Shown here piece after piece: positions 27,401 through 37,333 of a DNA stretch of 64,000 nt. The stretch is taken from NCBI RefSeq assembly GCF_964355755.1, contig NC_092680.1:14331045-14395044 (forward strand). The letters run 5' to 3'. The notes under the pieces were generated by a model. The model was not told the DNA's origin and did no database searches. It worked only from the letters and a program-made list of their open reading frames with translations. Made by a program: the position numbers and the translations under genes. Each line of letters opens with the position of its first letter. Position 1 is the first letter of the stretch. This stretch comes from Antedon mediterranea (lineage: Eukaryota > Animalia > Echinodermata).

Positions 27401-27525
27401 TAGAGTACCAAATAGCCTGTAATCGTTTAGCTGAAGAGCTTGCAGAAGACATGCAGACACATGACAGAGCCCCGGCGATATCCATACAACGATGCCGCAA
27501 GATATTTGGAGAACTTTACCTTTAA
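277..27525 (+). CDS. DENND4: DENND4/Crag-family Rab GEF (MABP-uDENN-cDENN-dDENN-PPR), 26 coding exons in window, 5' end upstream of window
   Basis: Spliced translation follows human DENND4A as recalled, end to end ([105 protein letters not shown]). All junctions are GT-AG and phase-compatible. Confidence 0.96.
851..1052 (+). CDS. DENND4: DENND4 exon (MABP)
   Basis: tttag|[16 protein letters not shown]...DICVILANK|gtttg. Confidence 0.92.
1070..1392. mobile_element. Non-autonomous palindromic element with ~75-bp arms (1228-1389); related fragments at about 3870-3950 and 37780-38190
   Basis: Long imperfect inverted repeat around the loop CTCGGCTTTGCCTCG. Arm sequences such as gatgaaaggttat and aaacattcattatttg recur at two other loci. 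Confidence 0.6.
1394..1776. repeat. 24-bp minisatellite, about 16 copies (TATTCACATAATCACACCATATGA)
   Basis: Direct tandem array; explains the 8-aa periodic ORFs. Confidence 0.95.
2145..2274 (+). CDS. DENND4: DENND4 exon
   Basis: ttag|[16 protein letters not shown]...VYMCYKKS...|gtaaa. Confidence 0.92.
2686..2855 (+). CDS. DENND4: DENND4 exon (uDENN)
   Basis: tctag|[13 protein letters not shown]...FCLPMGA...SSGEK|gtatg. Confidence 0.93.
3298..3527 (+). CDS. DENND4: DENND4 exon
   Basis: tttag|[10 protein letters not shown]...[16 protein letters not shown]...GPHEIPIE|gttag. Confidence 0.93.
4397..4463 (+). CDS. DENND4: DENND4 exon
   Basis: acag|[22 protein letters not shown]|gtaagt. Confidence 0.92.
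4716..4916 (+). CDS. DENND4: DENND4 exon (cDENN)
   Basis: tacag|LAHDQMIL...[17 protein letters not shown]|gtaat. Confidence 0.92.
5338..5513 (+). CDS. DENND4: DENND4 exon (cDENN)
   Basis: cccag|[17 protein letters not shown]...[10 protein letters not shown]|gtaagt. Confidence 0.93.
5770..6467. repeat. 63-bp minisatellite, about 11 copies
   Basis: Unit ACTTTGYAGTAGGTCCCTCCCTTTAGGACACCACAATTCAGGACGCATCTCTATTAAGGGGAC; 21-aa period in ORF 5758-6447. Confidence 0.95.
6936..6978 (+). CDS. DENND4: DENND4 small exon
   Basis: cacag|[14 protein letters not shown]|gttag, similar to human DKKNVAWKILPK. Confidence 0.88.
7135..7275 (+). CDS. DENND4: DENND4 exon
   Basis: atag|[13 protein letters not shown]...DFSRKKKQ|gtaagt. 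Confidence 0.88.
7308..7431. mobile_element. PIF/Harbinger (Tourist)-like MITE, copy 1
   Basis: TTA|AGCTCTGTCTACAC...AGAGCT|TTA; palindromic interior; sister copy at 24225. Confidence 0.75.
7667..7808 (+). CDS. DENND4: DENND4 exon (dDENN)
   Basis: tacag|[22 protein letters not shown]...FDGP|gtaaa. Confidence 0.92.
8906..9038. mobile_element. pogo/Tc1-like MITE
   Basis: TA|CAGTTGACTCCGCCTAA...TTAGGTGGAGTTGACTG|TA, with internal TAAGTCGAA repeats. Confidence 0.8.
9068..9758 (+). mobile_element. 5'-truncated L1/Tx1-clade LINE (ORF2 C-terminal zinc-binding region, A-rich tail, 18-bp TSD)
   Basis: ORF 9121-9636 has [10 protein letters not shown]...C..E.ET..H....C..I..VW. AATAAA and an A tail follow. 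The direct repeat AACTATACACAAAATACA is at 9050-9067 and 9759-9776. Confidence 0.88.
10704..10849 (+). CDS. DENND4: DENND4 exon (dDENN)
   Basis: tag|FIKSRDK...[14 protein letters not shown]...FFDDCTRK|gtgag. Confidence 0.92.
11120..11244 (+). CDS. DENND4: DENND4 exon
   Basis: catag|[13 protein letters not shown]...[12 protein letters not shown]...|gtagg. Confidence 0.9.
11378..11724. mobile_element. MITE with ~34-bp imperfect TIRs, inserted into a decayed tRNA-SINE (about 11309-11783)
   Basis: AAGGCCAATTTACACAGATGAGCGTTAGCAGTAA versus the reverse complement of the right end, AAGGCCTACTTACCCAGAGGAGTGTTAACGGTAA. Joined flanks resemble the SINE head at 49716. Confidence 0.7.
12217..12399 (+). 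CDS. DENND4: DENND4 exon
   Basis: tacag|YNVFPRL...[10 protein letters not shown]...PEEWA|gtatg. Confidence 0.9.
12453..12584 (+). mobile_element. Hammerhead-bearing Penelope pLTR/retrozyme-like mini-element within a (TA)n tract
   Basis: A ~130-nt island of higher GC between (TA)n tracts at 12438-12452 and 12585-12604, with a TATATA motif upstream of the hammerhead. Confidence 0.65.
12534..12578 (+). ncRNA. Type I hammerhead ribozyme
   Basis: CTGCA-CTGACGA-GATCT-AATA-AGATC-GAAA-CAGTACTG-TC-TGCAG. Core is intact and stems I, II and III pair; predicted cleavage after GUC at 12573. Confidence 0.88.
12987..13558. mobile_element. Kolobok-like non-autonomous DNA transposon
   Basis: TTAA|AGCTCAGGTACAGGCA ... 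TGCCCGCACCTGGCCT|TTAA. Confidence 0.7.
13628..13901 (+). CDS. DENND4: DENND4 exon (PPR-like repeats)
   Basis: gtag|[15 protein letters not shown]...[15 protein letters not shown]...TYGYYNK|gtttg. Confidence 0.93.
14311..15200. repeat. Diverged ~340-bp tandem repeat, about 2.6 copies (probably TE-internal)
   Basis: The motif gtcatttgag...aaa.tctctacagacattttag recurs in units starting 14311, 14656 and 14995. Confidence 0.8.
15586..15838 (+). CDS. DENND4: DENND4 exon
   Basis: tgcag|AVLESPWP...WIKLRNVI...EKCGT|gtaag. Confidence 0.9.
16066..16242 (+). CDS. DENND4: DENND4 exon
   Basis: tctag|NSDMGYAS (cf. QSDLGYNS)...|gtgagt, phase 1-1. Confidence 0.85.
16341..16845. mobile_element. MITE with ~55-bp TIRs
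   Basis: TAGGGAGGTTTCGCAATCTTACGAATACGATAACGAAAATGGATACGTCACACA ... TGTGTGACGTATCCGTTTTCGTTATGGTATTCGTAAGGTTGCGAAACCTCCCTA. Confidence 0.88.
17608..17754 (+). CDS. DENND4: DENND4 exon (symmetric, possible cassette)
   Basis: gttag|[14 protein letters not shown]...TGSST|gtaagt; 147 nt, phase 1-1, open frame. Confidence 0.72.
18842..19019. repeat. ~90-bp tandem duplication just upstream of the large-exon acceptor
   Basis: tttaaatattttttattaccctatttaatttt...ttttctgttgattttt occurs twice. Confidence 0.8.
19036..20391 (+). CDS. DENND4: DENND4 large exon, Ser/acid-rich disordered region
   Basis: cacag|SSAGLLIT...LFGSDAKIL...GTPLT|gtttg; 1356-nt open frame inside ORF 19011-20474. Confidence 0.9.
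22487..22661 (+). CDS. DENND4: DENND4 exon (Cys-rich C-terminal region)
   Basis: cacag|...[37 protein letters not shown]|gtaag. Confidence 0.92.
23110..23535 (+). CDS. DENND4: DENND4 exon
   Basis: ttcag|[22 protein letters not shown]...INKS|gtttg. Confidence 0.9.
23688..23946 (+). CDS. DENND4: DENND4 exon
   Basis: ttcag|TLPARTKS...[14 protein letters not shown]...HPIIFWNL|gtaagt. Confidence 0.92.
24225..24336. mobile_element. PIF/Harbinger (Tourist)-like MITE, copy 2
   Basis: TTA|AGCTCTGTCTACAC...GTAGACAGAGCT|TTA. Confidence 0.82.
24399..24485 (+). CDS. DENND4: DENND4 exon
   Basis: cctag|[18 protein letters not shown]...|gtaagt. Confidence 0.92.
24576..24745 (+). CDS. DENND4: DENND4 exon
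   Basis: tttag|ACNQY...LLWDNVELY...PMYILW...|gtaag. Confidence 0.9.
24866..25200. repeat. 24-bp minisatellite decaying into a 3-periodic GT-rich tract
   Basis: (GTGATATTTGTAGCAGTGTTGATG)n, about 7 clean copies followed by 21-bp variants. Confidence 0.9.
25433..25605 (+). CDS. DENND4: DENND4 exon
   Basis: ttcag|[18 protein letters not shown]...[10 protein letters not shown]...RENIDH|gtatg. Confidence 0.92.
26840..27370 (+). mobile_element. Decayed CR1/L2-group LINE 3' end
   Basis: Disrupted frame ending ...[17 protein letters not shown]...[19 protein letters not shown], then a T-rich UTR and a short (TAA)n tail; 5' boundary approximate. Confidence 0.55.
27389..27525 (+). CDS. DENND4: DENND4 terminal coding exon
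   Basis: attag|[13 protein letters not shown]...DRAP...[13 protein letters not shown]. Confidence 0.92.
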
Positions 27526-28627
27526 ATCCCTATGATTTATTCTTTTTTTTTCCATTTGTACACAGGCTTACTAGAAGTTAAGATATTCACAAATTTATAA
27601 ACTTTCTTTCATTTGTGAAACGTTATATATATACAAACATATACAACAAGAGAAAGAGGAAGTAAATTAAATGGTAGCCCGTAAAAGATTTTATGAACTA
27701 TTGAATAAAATTGATCAAATACTTAAATTAGAGATTGCTATATAGTTATTTACAATTTGGAAAAATGTGTAAATTATACACAATAAATATAAGGTTTAAG
27801 TAATAAGTAATTAAAACATCAATTCATTTTTATTCATAGTTATAGAATCTCCCATGAAAGTTTTTAATTTAAATTTCAAATGTTGTACATTAAAGATTTA
27901 TGCTTTATTTGGCCGGGAGTTTCATTGATTGATTGATGTGTAGTAAAATGTTACTTTAGTTGCTGATGTTAGGTATTCAAACATTTGGGAGCTCTAAATG
28001 CACATGAACATTTGCAATTATAACATATACCATTGTGGAATGAATGATATGAATTGAGTTATTAATGAAAACACCCAAAATTGAATGCATATAGTAGTAA
28101 ACACATTGTGAGTATTTTAATGGTATTTACATTAGGACGAAACCATATTTTATGATAACACAACATTGATTTTTAAAAGAACCACAACATTAATGAAAAT
28201 TGTTTATGTGCATTTAGAAATGTTTTTAGATAATCTGGCCAAGGTAAAAAAAAATATTTGGAAATAAACAATACTGTAATCTTTCTATCTTAAAAGTTAG
28301 TATTTTTCACCTTAAATGATAATACTGTAGTACAAGCAGTTTATAAAGGACAAAACATGTAGCTAATAATATGATTGACTTATTTCGGTTATTTCTCGGC
28401 CTCGGTATATAAATAATGATAATACCACTATTGTACAGTTACATGTTTTCCAGTTACTTTTTCATATAGTATATATACAATGTAAACTTAAATACAGTAT
28501 TGTATGTACTGTATACAATACACAAATATTTACCTGAAATAAATAATAACTTGTATTTTCCCTCATATAATTTTTATAGATTATTCAAAATGTGTTTTTA
28601 AACAAATCAAGAAAGTGGGTTGAACTC

Positions 28628-28978
28628 TTACCAGTTCATACACTCTGCTCACTGTATATTTATATAGATATTTAGTGAGGTATCTTTACCAGTTCATACA
28701 CTCTGCTCACTGTATATTTATATAGATATTTAGTGAGGTATCTTTACCAGTTCATACACTCTGCTCACTGTATATTTATATAGATATTTAGTGAGGTATC
28801 TTTACCAGTTCATACACTCTGCTCACTGTATATTTATATAGATATTTAGTGAGGTATCTTTACCAGTTCATACACTCTGCTCACTGTATATTTATATAGA
28901 TATTTAGTGAGGTATCTTTACCAGTTCATACACTCTGCTCACTTTATATTTATATAGATATTTAGTGAGGTATCTTTA
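28628..28978. repeat. 58-bp minisatellite, 6 copies, each with a hairpin
   Basis: Unit TTACCAGTTCATACACTCTGCTCACTGTATATTTATATAGATATTTAGTGAGGTATCT. Confidence 0.95.
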
Positions 28979-30472
28979 TCTACAGAAGGAATACATATAA
29001 TAATAGAAATTAAATGAAGACTGTAAATTAAAAATTAAAAAAAAATCTTTGAAATTGATTTCCCATGCCATTCACACCCTTATCAATGTTAGTGATACGA
29101 TTATACATTTTTTTCAAAGCTTGACAATATTTATTATAATTGTATACTTTATTGTTTAAATGCGATTTATTTTTTATGTTTTTATGGCCACGGTTTATCG
29201 CTAACTTTGATCAGTAGGAACAAACTTACCCTGATAAATAACCAAGTTTTGAACATGCTAATTTTGTTACTCAAGTAACTAAATGTTACTTGTGTACTGT
29301 TTAAACTTTAATTCAATATTATGGCTCCCAACAATTATTTTCTCTATTCACATCTTTCTTGTCAATGACTGTTGTTGGGGAAATCCTCTTTATCTATTGG
29401 AAATCCATTTCAAGGAAAAGCATTCAAATATACTGATTTACTGTGTGCATTTCATTAAAATCATATCTCTTAAGTGTATTCTATATTTACCCCTATGTTA
29501 TTTTGTTGTCATTTAAAATATATAATTATATATTGGTCTATTTTTTTAATGGTTGCCATGACTTAAAAATGAGTTTCAATCATATTATGGTGACCCACCA
29601 CACATTGTTTTATCTTTATAGTATATTTCATTTTTGTTCTCACTATTCATTATTATTTGTATACAATGTATGTGGAAAACAAATAAGACAAACAAACTTT
29701 ATTTATAATAATTTATGATTTTGATGTTCAACTATGTAATGCCTGCCATTATAGATGTTTTGTTGTATCATTTTTTGTCTATATTACATTAGTTGACAGT
29801 TGTCTACATAATAAGTTGTATATATGGTTTTTTGATTTTGTTGATAGTTGTTTGTGCAATTAATAATTTTTGTAATAGTAAGTACAGTTAATTTTGTATC
29901 GCATGGGTGGGTTGTAAAGAAAAGGTCCTCAAACAATAGGAATTGAGGAACGGAGCATTTTGTGATTTCAATTCTTTAATCATGAATCGTATCAAATAAT
30001 GTAATAACAGTTTAGAGACCTTCAGTGTAAATGCAATTAACAAAGTGTGTTGTTTTTTAGGACCTCTAAGGACTAAAATGTTTTGTTAAATAAATTATAA
30101 TATATTATTACTTTTCTTTTATAGACCTTTTAGCAGGTTCCATCTCTTAATACAATATTCTATATCAGATACATCTTAGAGGAGATTAAAATTATTATGA
30201 CACCAACCATGGATTAATTTTAATTTTCCAACACGCTTGACTATACTAAAGTTCTGCTGCCAATCAAACAAACATGCTCTTTGTCATGTCTCTAACCACG
30301 GCCCGTAGAAATCGTATGCGCAGTCTGATTGTTCTATTGACATGTCATGTATGTCGTTACCTATGGCCTGGGATTGGCTGGCTATGTATAGTTGCGATAC
30401 GTCACTAATTCTACTACTCAAGCGCTCGTTTTAAAAGTAGACGCATTTTACCATTTCTGATTTTTTAACTAC

Positions 30473-31195
30473 AAGTACTACTACTAGGCGTATTAATAGT
30501 AGTACTACCGTGTCTATATCCAGCCTGGTTCTTGTACTCCAATTAAGTACTACTACTAGGCGTATTAGTAGTAGTACTACCGTGTCTATATCCAGCCTGG
30601 TTCTTGTACTCCAATTAAGTACTACTACTAGGCGTATTAGTAGTAGTACTACCGTGTCTATATCCAGCCTGGTTCTTGTACTCCAATTAAGTACTACTAC
30701 TAGGCGTATTAGTAGTAGTACTACCGTGTCTATATCCAGCCTGGTTCTTGTACTCCAATTAAGTACTACTACTAGGCGTATTAGTAGTAGTACTACCGTG
30801 TCTATATCCAGCCTGGTTCTTGTACTCCAATTAAGTACTACTACTAGGCGTATTAGTAGTAGTACTACCGTGTCTATATCCAGCCTGGTTCTTGTACTCC
30901 AATTAAGTACTACTACTAGGCGTATTAGTAGTAGTACTACCGTGTCTATATCCAGCCTGGTTCTTGTACTCCAATTAAGTACTACTACTAGGCGTATTAG
31001 TAGTAGTACTACCGTGTCTATATCCAGCCTGGTTCTTGTACTCCAATTAAGTACTACAGTACTACTAGGCGTATTAGTAGTAGTACTACCGTGTCTATAT
31101 CCAGCCTGGTTCTTGTACTCCAATTAAGTACTACTACTAGGCGTATTAGTAGTAGTACTACCGTGTCTATATCCAGCCTGGTTCTTGTACTCCAA
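30473..31195. repeat. 72-bp minisatellite, about 10 copies, each with a 13-bp inverted repeat
   Basis: Unit AAGTACTACTACTAGGCGTATTAGTAGTAGTACTACCGTGTCTATATCCAGCCTGGTTCTTGTACTCCAATT. Confidence 0.95.
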
Positions 31196-33463
31196 CGCAT
31201 TCGACATGAAACCACTGAATGTCGCAAGATGATTTAGTGCACATAATATCATCATATTCGCCGTTCTACTTTCTTTACAATACATTTTTGTTGGTAATTA
31301 CGGCGCATGCGCCGCTAAGAAGCCTTTTTTATTTTGTAACATTGTGGGCGGTTCACGCTCTGTCATCAAGAGCCTGGAACCTTTGATCTCAAACTGATGC
31401 ATATCCGTCTATTCATTAATCCATACACCAACTAGCTTAGAAAGAACCCGCACCATTGAAATGGTTTAATGTATTTAAATTATATTTACAATCACAAATT
31501 TATGAAAGAAGTCGTATTTACATGTACAATTGTTTATTGTTTTAATAGTTTTTAGATAAGATGCTTTTAATAAGCAAATATGTATGTGCTAACAATTTCC
31601 CATGCTCTGCCGCCTTCCAAGTTATTTGTATTTTATTTCTTAATAGAAGTTGATGTAAGATAAGCGTTTGTATATAAATTTCAACTTAATATTACGGTGG
31701 AGTTAACATGAATAAATGTATGTGTATATTGAATAATTAGTACTAGAATTTTGTTTCAAGGTTGTTAAAAACTTTTGGGACACTTCTATTAAGGGGCCCG
31801 TTAAGGGGATACTTTCCTATGAAAAGAACAAGGGAAATATATGTTGCAAACCACAAATTCAGTGGAAATTGTTGGGTCCTGAAGATGTCCCTTATCAGGA
31901 GTTGTACGAGTATTGCACATTCGTGCTTGTTAAACATCTATATATTTGATTGGTTGACTTTTGTGACATCAAAAGCTGGTAAATTGGTAGAATGGGGTGG
32001 ATATACACATTGGCCAAATTCTCAAGTGAATTGTTAATGAGCCTAGACTTTGACCTTGATGACCTAACAAATGCAAACTTGCTCTTATACCAGCTGCACC
32101 AACCAAATTTGAAGACCATTCAAATCTAGTTTCCAAATAAAGTTGGACAGATGCACAAAGATTTGGTGACTTAAGTAGTAAGATGCTACTGTTGAAAACC
32201 TTGATACTGGAGATTGACATGAATGTTTTTTGATAATTTAAATTTTGCCCCTCTAAGAACTTTCATTTCTTTAAAGCTTGATTTTCTATAAATGCAATTA
32301 TAAATATTTAATTTTCTTTTCTTTTTTAACATTTTTTTTTTTTTCTTTAATAATAATATATGCTCCAATGTAATATGAATGAATTTCCTCAAGTGATCAA
32401 TAAAACCAGTCAGTCAATACTGACCCCCTGGACTTTGAGTCGAAATAATTGATTTCCATATTATTCCAACAAAAAATTGTAGTTTACCAAAAGAAAGGCT
32501 GAAAAGTTTGCTCTTCTTTCTTTTCTTAATAGAAAATCTGTAATTTGTGAATGCCTATAATAATATCAATTAAATCAAAATCATTAAATCAATTCAATGC
32601 ATTAATTGTATGCTAACTGCAGATAAACATTAAGATATGTAGGCATGTTGTTCTCAAATAAAATTAAACATGAAAACTGAAATACTGTGAATGAAAAGTG
32701 ACTTATAAATAGGCCATTAGAATTCCCAAGAGTGAAAAAAAAAAAGATTTTTCTTATAAAAAAGTGAAAATAAACTGTAAAATCTAACTAAAACCCATTG
32801 AATTTGAGTGAACATAAAAATAACATACATCATAACAACTTTAAACAAAAAGATTCAGCAAGCAATAATGAGTAGTAATAGGTGGCATCTAAAAAGCAGA
32901 ATGATCAAACTAGCTACAGCCACAAAGAAACACAAAATTATATTTAACAATTTTACAACAATACATGTAGGTTAAAAAATACAGTATATACAGAAATGTA
33001 AATAATCATAAAATTACAACGTATGTACTGCAATAATTAACAGCGATGAATTAACTCAAACAAAATAACAAAAACACATAAGTTCACAAAAATCGCTAAA
33101 AACAAATTTGAAAGAAGTAAGTTTGGTTTTTTTTTCAGAGGCGGTGTGACCTCCGTATTGACCTTTAAGTGCATAATTAATGATGAGTGTCAAACAACAT
33201 GGCGATAAACTGAACGGTAAATTAGCGACGCCCTTATCTGTATATCATATTCGGAACATGTTGTTGTAAAGTTAATTGTAACTTTGGGGTAAGTTCAGAG
33301 AATGTTATTGTATGTTCATATTTTTTATTCTTGGACCACCGTTAAAGTTTGTGATATAAACAAAATGTTTTCTAGAGGGCTAGGCTAAGCTCGAGTCCAA
33401 GTCAAATCACAGCTTCCCTCCCTCCGCCGTCAGCGTTCCAGCTAGGATTTTAGGGCCGAGTAA

Positions 33464-34974
33464 GGTAAACAGACGATCGGGTCCATGGACGATCAGGCCC
33501 AATGAATAAGATAAGACGATCGGGCCCAATGAATAAGACGATCGGGCCCAATGAATAAGATGATCGGGCACAAAATATTCTCGGAAAATAATTATTAGAT
33601 TTAAATTCACAAAAATAAAAAAATAAGTATTATTATTAATTACCGAATCAGGTTTCACGCATGTGCTATAGGCCTAGTATAAATTTTGTTGCGAGAGAGA
33701 AGTCAAGTTATAAAGTACGCCGTGGTTAAGATTCCGGCACCGGAACTCAACTGCCCAGCGTTAGGGAATCCAACACGCTATTACGCATGCCCAGAGCGAG
33801 GTAATCGGCGACTCTATACATCTACAGTACAGACTAACAGCAAAGACACTACACTATCTTTGCTAACACTCAGTGATGGATCAATTAATAATAGCTGCCC
33901 CACCACCACGGCGAACTAGCCTACAGTAGCCCATTCATATATAAACTTCATATAATTATGAATTATAATTACATGACTAATTTTATGATTTTCAAGTACA
34001 AAATAAAAGATTTCATATAACGCATTATACTGTAATAACATGCACTCGTATACAAGTTGATTTGTTGACGGCAGCCGCCGTGCGGATATGATTTGAAAAA
34101 AAACAGAACTGTTCGGGAAGCCGGAGTCGCAACGCTACGCTATATTCACTTTCGTACATTTCTTGAAATACGCAAGCGTTATGCCACTGGGTAGGCCTGT
34201 GTTTTTCTCCCGTTCCGAACTTCATACTTCCTCTGTCTAATGAAATTACAGCATTACGATTCTTAGATAGATACTGATTCTTATAAATATATAATAATTA
34301 TTTTAATGCGTAGCGTAGTGGTATTTTAATTATTTAATTCATGTATGGCCTAGGCCAAGTTTCATCCATCGCTCTCTCGCTCGCACAACGACTAACTAGG
34401 CTACAGTAAATCCCTATAACAACGTCCGACTCTCGGTGGTGTGGTGCGCGGTCTGTGGCACTAGGGCAAGCTATAATTACTTCGCTCTGGGCATGCGCAA
34501 TAGCGTGTCGGATTCCCTAATGGTGGGCAGTTGAATTCCGGTGCCGGAATCCTAACCACTGCGTATAAAATATTGGCCAGGCAGGGGAGTTGTTATTTAC
34601 TAGCAACTCCCTGCCTAGGCCTACAGTACACTGTAAATCGAGCAAAAATTAAATACGTGAATAGGCCTACATACAACACATATACACAATAATAACTATC
34701 AAAATCAATCAAATTTATTCATAAATCATTTGGTAAGAAATTATGATAAAATTAGAAAAATCTAATAATTTATAATTAAAATCTTAATTTACGCAAGAAA
34801 AGCACATTGACACTAAGCACTAGGCTACTAGGAATGAAATGTGGCACATTGTTTTATATAAAACACAAAAGACTATCGGGGCTCAACGTGGTTCTGAAAA
34901 CACTGGACGAACTGGTAAGACGATCGGGCCCAACACATAAGACTGATCGTCCGTGGTCCCGATTGTCTGTTCCC
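33464..34974. mobile_element. TIR element with subterminal ~22-bp repeats (foldback/MULE-like), outer element
   Basis: AACAGACGATCGGGTCCATGGACGATCAG versus the reverse complement of the right end, AACAGACAATCGGGACCACGGACGATCAG; tandem TAAGACGATCGGGCCCAATGAA. No clear TSD. Confidence 0.65.
33718..34563. mobile_element. MITE with ~83-bp TIRs and TA flanks, nested in the element above
   Basis: TA|CGCCGTGGTTAAGATTCCGGCACCGGAA...CGCATGCCCAGAGCGA ... TCGCTCTGGGCATGCG...TTCCGGTGCCGGAATCCTAACCACTGCG|TA. Confidence 0.88.
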
Positions 34975-35689
34975 CGTTGGGCTTGACGATGGTCTTAACA
35001 TTGGGCCTGATAGCCAAGTGTATTGTTTGTAAATCCGTTCCAATACAAAAAAAAAATATTTGTTAATAAAATCTACTTTTATAGAGTTAAATGTTTTGTT
35101 TGTAATTTATTATAAAATGAACTACAGTACGGATCAGGTGCCGTTTTAGGCCACCTCTGTCGGCGATTGACGACGATCGGGAGGTGGAGTGGAGTTGGGC
35201 CCCATTCTAAAAATAAAGGGAAGCCGTTTACTCCACGAAATTGTATAATTGTCCACCATAATATAAATTAAATCTGTTCTTACCACGAGTTTGTGATAAA
35301 AATGTAATATAATATTAAAGAATTATAAATATTTTAATAATAGTTTTATTTATCAACATTAAAATGATTAATCCTTTTTATGTGCATATTTTCTAATGTA
35401 CGTGTACGTGGTGTTTGTTGTGCAGATAAAACTAACTGTCAAAAAACAAAGACCTGTTTGTGCTAAACGGTGTAGCAAAAAGAACATAAGAATAAATAAA
35501 AGCAATCAACCACGACTGTTGCATGCTACACAGGATTCTCAGTCAGTGGGTCCCATTTACGGTCAACGATTAAGACGATTGAGTCCATCAAGAAATGGGC
35601 TCGACCTTCTCTGTGATGGTTCCGATCCTCAATGGGCTCAATCGCCCATGGGTCCTGGCGACCCGGTGCTACTGCAATTTTGCACCACA

Positions 35690-35754
35690 ATCTCTCGACC
35701 TTACCCAATTTAAAAACATTCACCTGTTGCGCGCAGTGGTGATTGTGAGTGACC
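35690..35754 (+). other. Candidate non-coding first exon of ATP8B
   Basis: Strong donor GACC|GTAAGT at 35755 at the end of a CpG-enriched region; a second candidate donor TCTG|GTAAGT is at 36569. TSS not determinable. Confidence 0.3.
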
Positions 35755-37131
35755 GTAAGTCTCTCTTTTATTTAGGTGCAAAATTGAAATAGTGCCGGCG
35801 CTTCCCCCCCCCCTCCCCTCGTAAAAAAACGCGAAACACAGAGATCTCCATGTTTGGCAGTCAAAGTGTTGAAGATGTATTGTCTCCAAAAAACATGAAT
35901 AATTATTAATAAATCAGACTTTAATTCGACCATTTTGCAGTTTTAATAAAGTTAAAGACAAAACAAACGTTTAATTTTAACCAAAAACCATTGTCTCACA
36001 GACAATTTAAGTATTACTGCTTTAATTAACACTTTTTTTAAGGTAAATCATTTTTTTTTTTCGATCCAGTTCTTGGTCAAAGTGAATATCTATTATGTGA
36101 CATTAAAATGCATATTAAATAAAAAAATTGACTGTAAACTGTCCAAACTGAATTATTTTGTGTAAATTTAAGCTCTATTATGGTATTGAATACAAATTGC
36201 ATTAAAACCTTATCGATTTATGATTATGAGTTTGATTCTTTAATATGAAAACTGGGTGTTTAAGTATTGGTTTCTAAGGAAACAGAATCCCAATATTTAT
36301 ATAATTATTGATTTGTTTTTTGTCTTTTCGTTACGGTTATTGATGGTCGATAAGTTTGACGCACAGCTTATTGTTAAAAACATGTAGCTTTACTGGACTC
36401 AAGGTGCTGTTTAATTAATAAAGTTTGTATCTTTCGTTTTCATGTAAATTCTACTTGGTTTGGAACCCTTTTGGGATCTAGTCTTCACTAGTATTACTAG
36501 TATTATTCAAATTAACACATTTCTTGTTTAATAAGATGGATTTCAGTGGTTTTAGTTAGCTGGATCTGGTAAGTTACAATAATTTAATTTTGACGAATTA
36601 AGTTAAAGGTACCTGTATTTAATCAATTAAAGTTCTAGTTTGTTAGGTTTTGGAGTGGAAAAGAGGCATAGTTAAGAAATATTAGAATATGAGACAACAA
36701 ACAAGCTTTCTTTTTGTAGATGGAGAAAGGTTAGGATAAAAGAATAGATTTTATATTGGGGAATGGATAAAACAACAAAAGTAGGTGATGACAGAAAGAA
36801 ACACTGAAATATCAGTTGGGGGTGGGGACGGGGATGTGAACAGCTGAATACTTCACAAGAGACGCAATGCAAGCACGTAAGCACAGCGCAAGTGAACTGT
36901 TGCTTGAGATTGATCAACTTGCTTGCGTTGTTGTGTCTACGTCCTTGCATTATAGGAAAACAAATATCTATATTTAAAACAGTAGAATGAAAAATAAGCT
37001 TTTGACTGGGTGGTAGAAATTGTGGATGCAGCTAAATAGTCATAAAATTTGCTTCAATATTATAGACTGATATATTATTACAGTAAAAATGTGTTATTCA
37101 AGCCTGGTTTACTATACAGTCAACCTACAGT

Positions 37132-37333
37132 CAGGCCTTGTCTTTTAAGGCGAGTGATTGTGATCACTCACCTAACAAACTCCTAAACTGCCCTTGAGGT
37201 GTGCGATTTACAACACGCTTAAATTTGGTAAACTTCTACACATCAACATACAAACAGCACACCTACAGCATCCCTGAATGTATTGAGGAGTGCAATTTGT
37301 AGCACACCTATAATTTTCAAAAGACAAGGCCTG
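37132..37333. mobile_element. MITE with 15-bp perfect TIR (CAG termini)
   Basis: CAGGCCTTGTCTTTT ... AAAAGACAAGGCCTG, flanked on both sides by TACAGT. Confidence 0.8.

Noticed and set aside
30431-31127. Two ~200-aa ORFs and palindromic repeats resembling CRISPR
   Set aside because: Sequence between the hairpins is identical in each unit, so there are no spacers; the 72-bp unit is a multiple of 3, which explains the open frames
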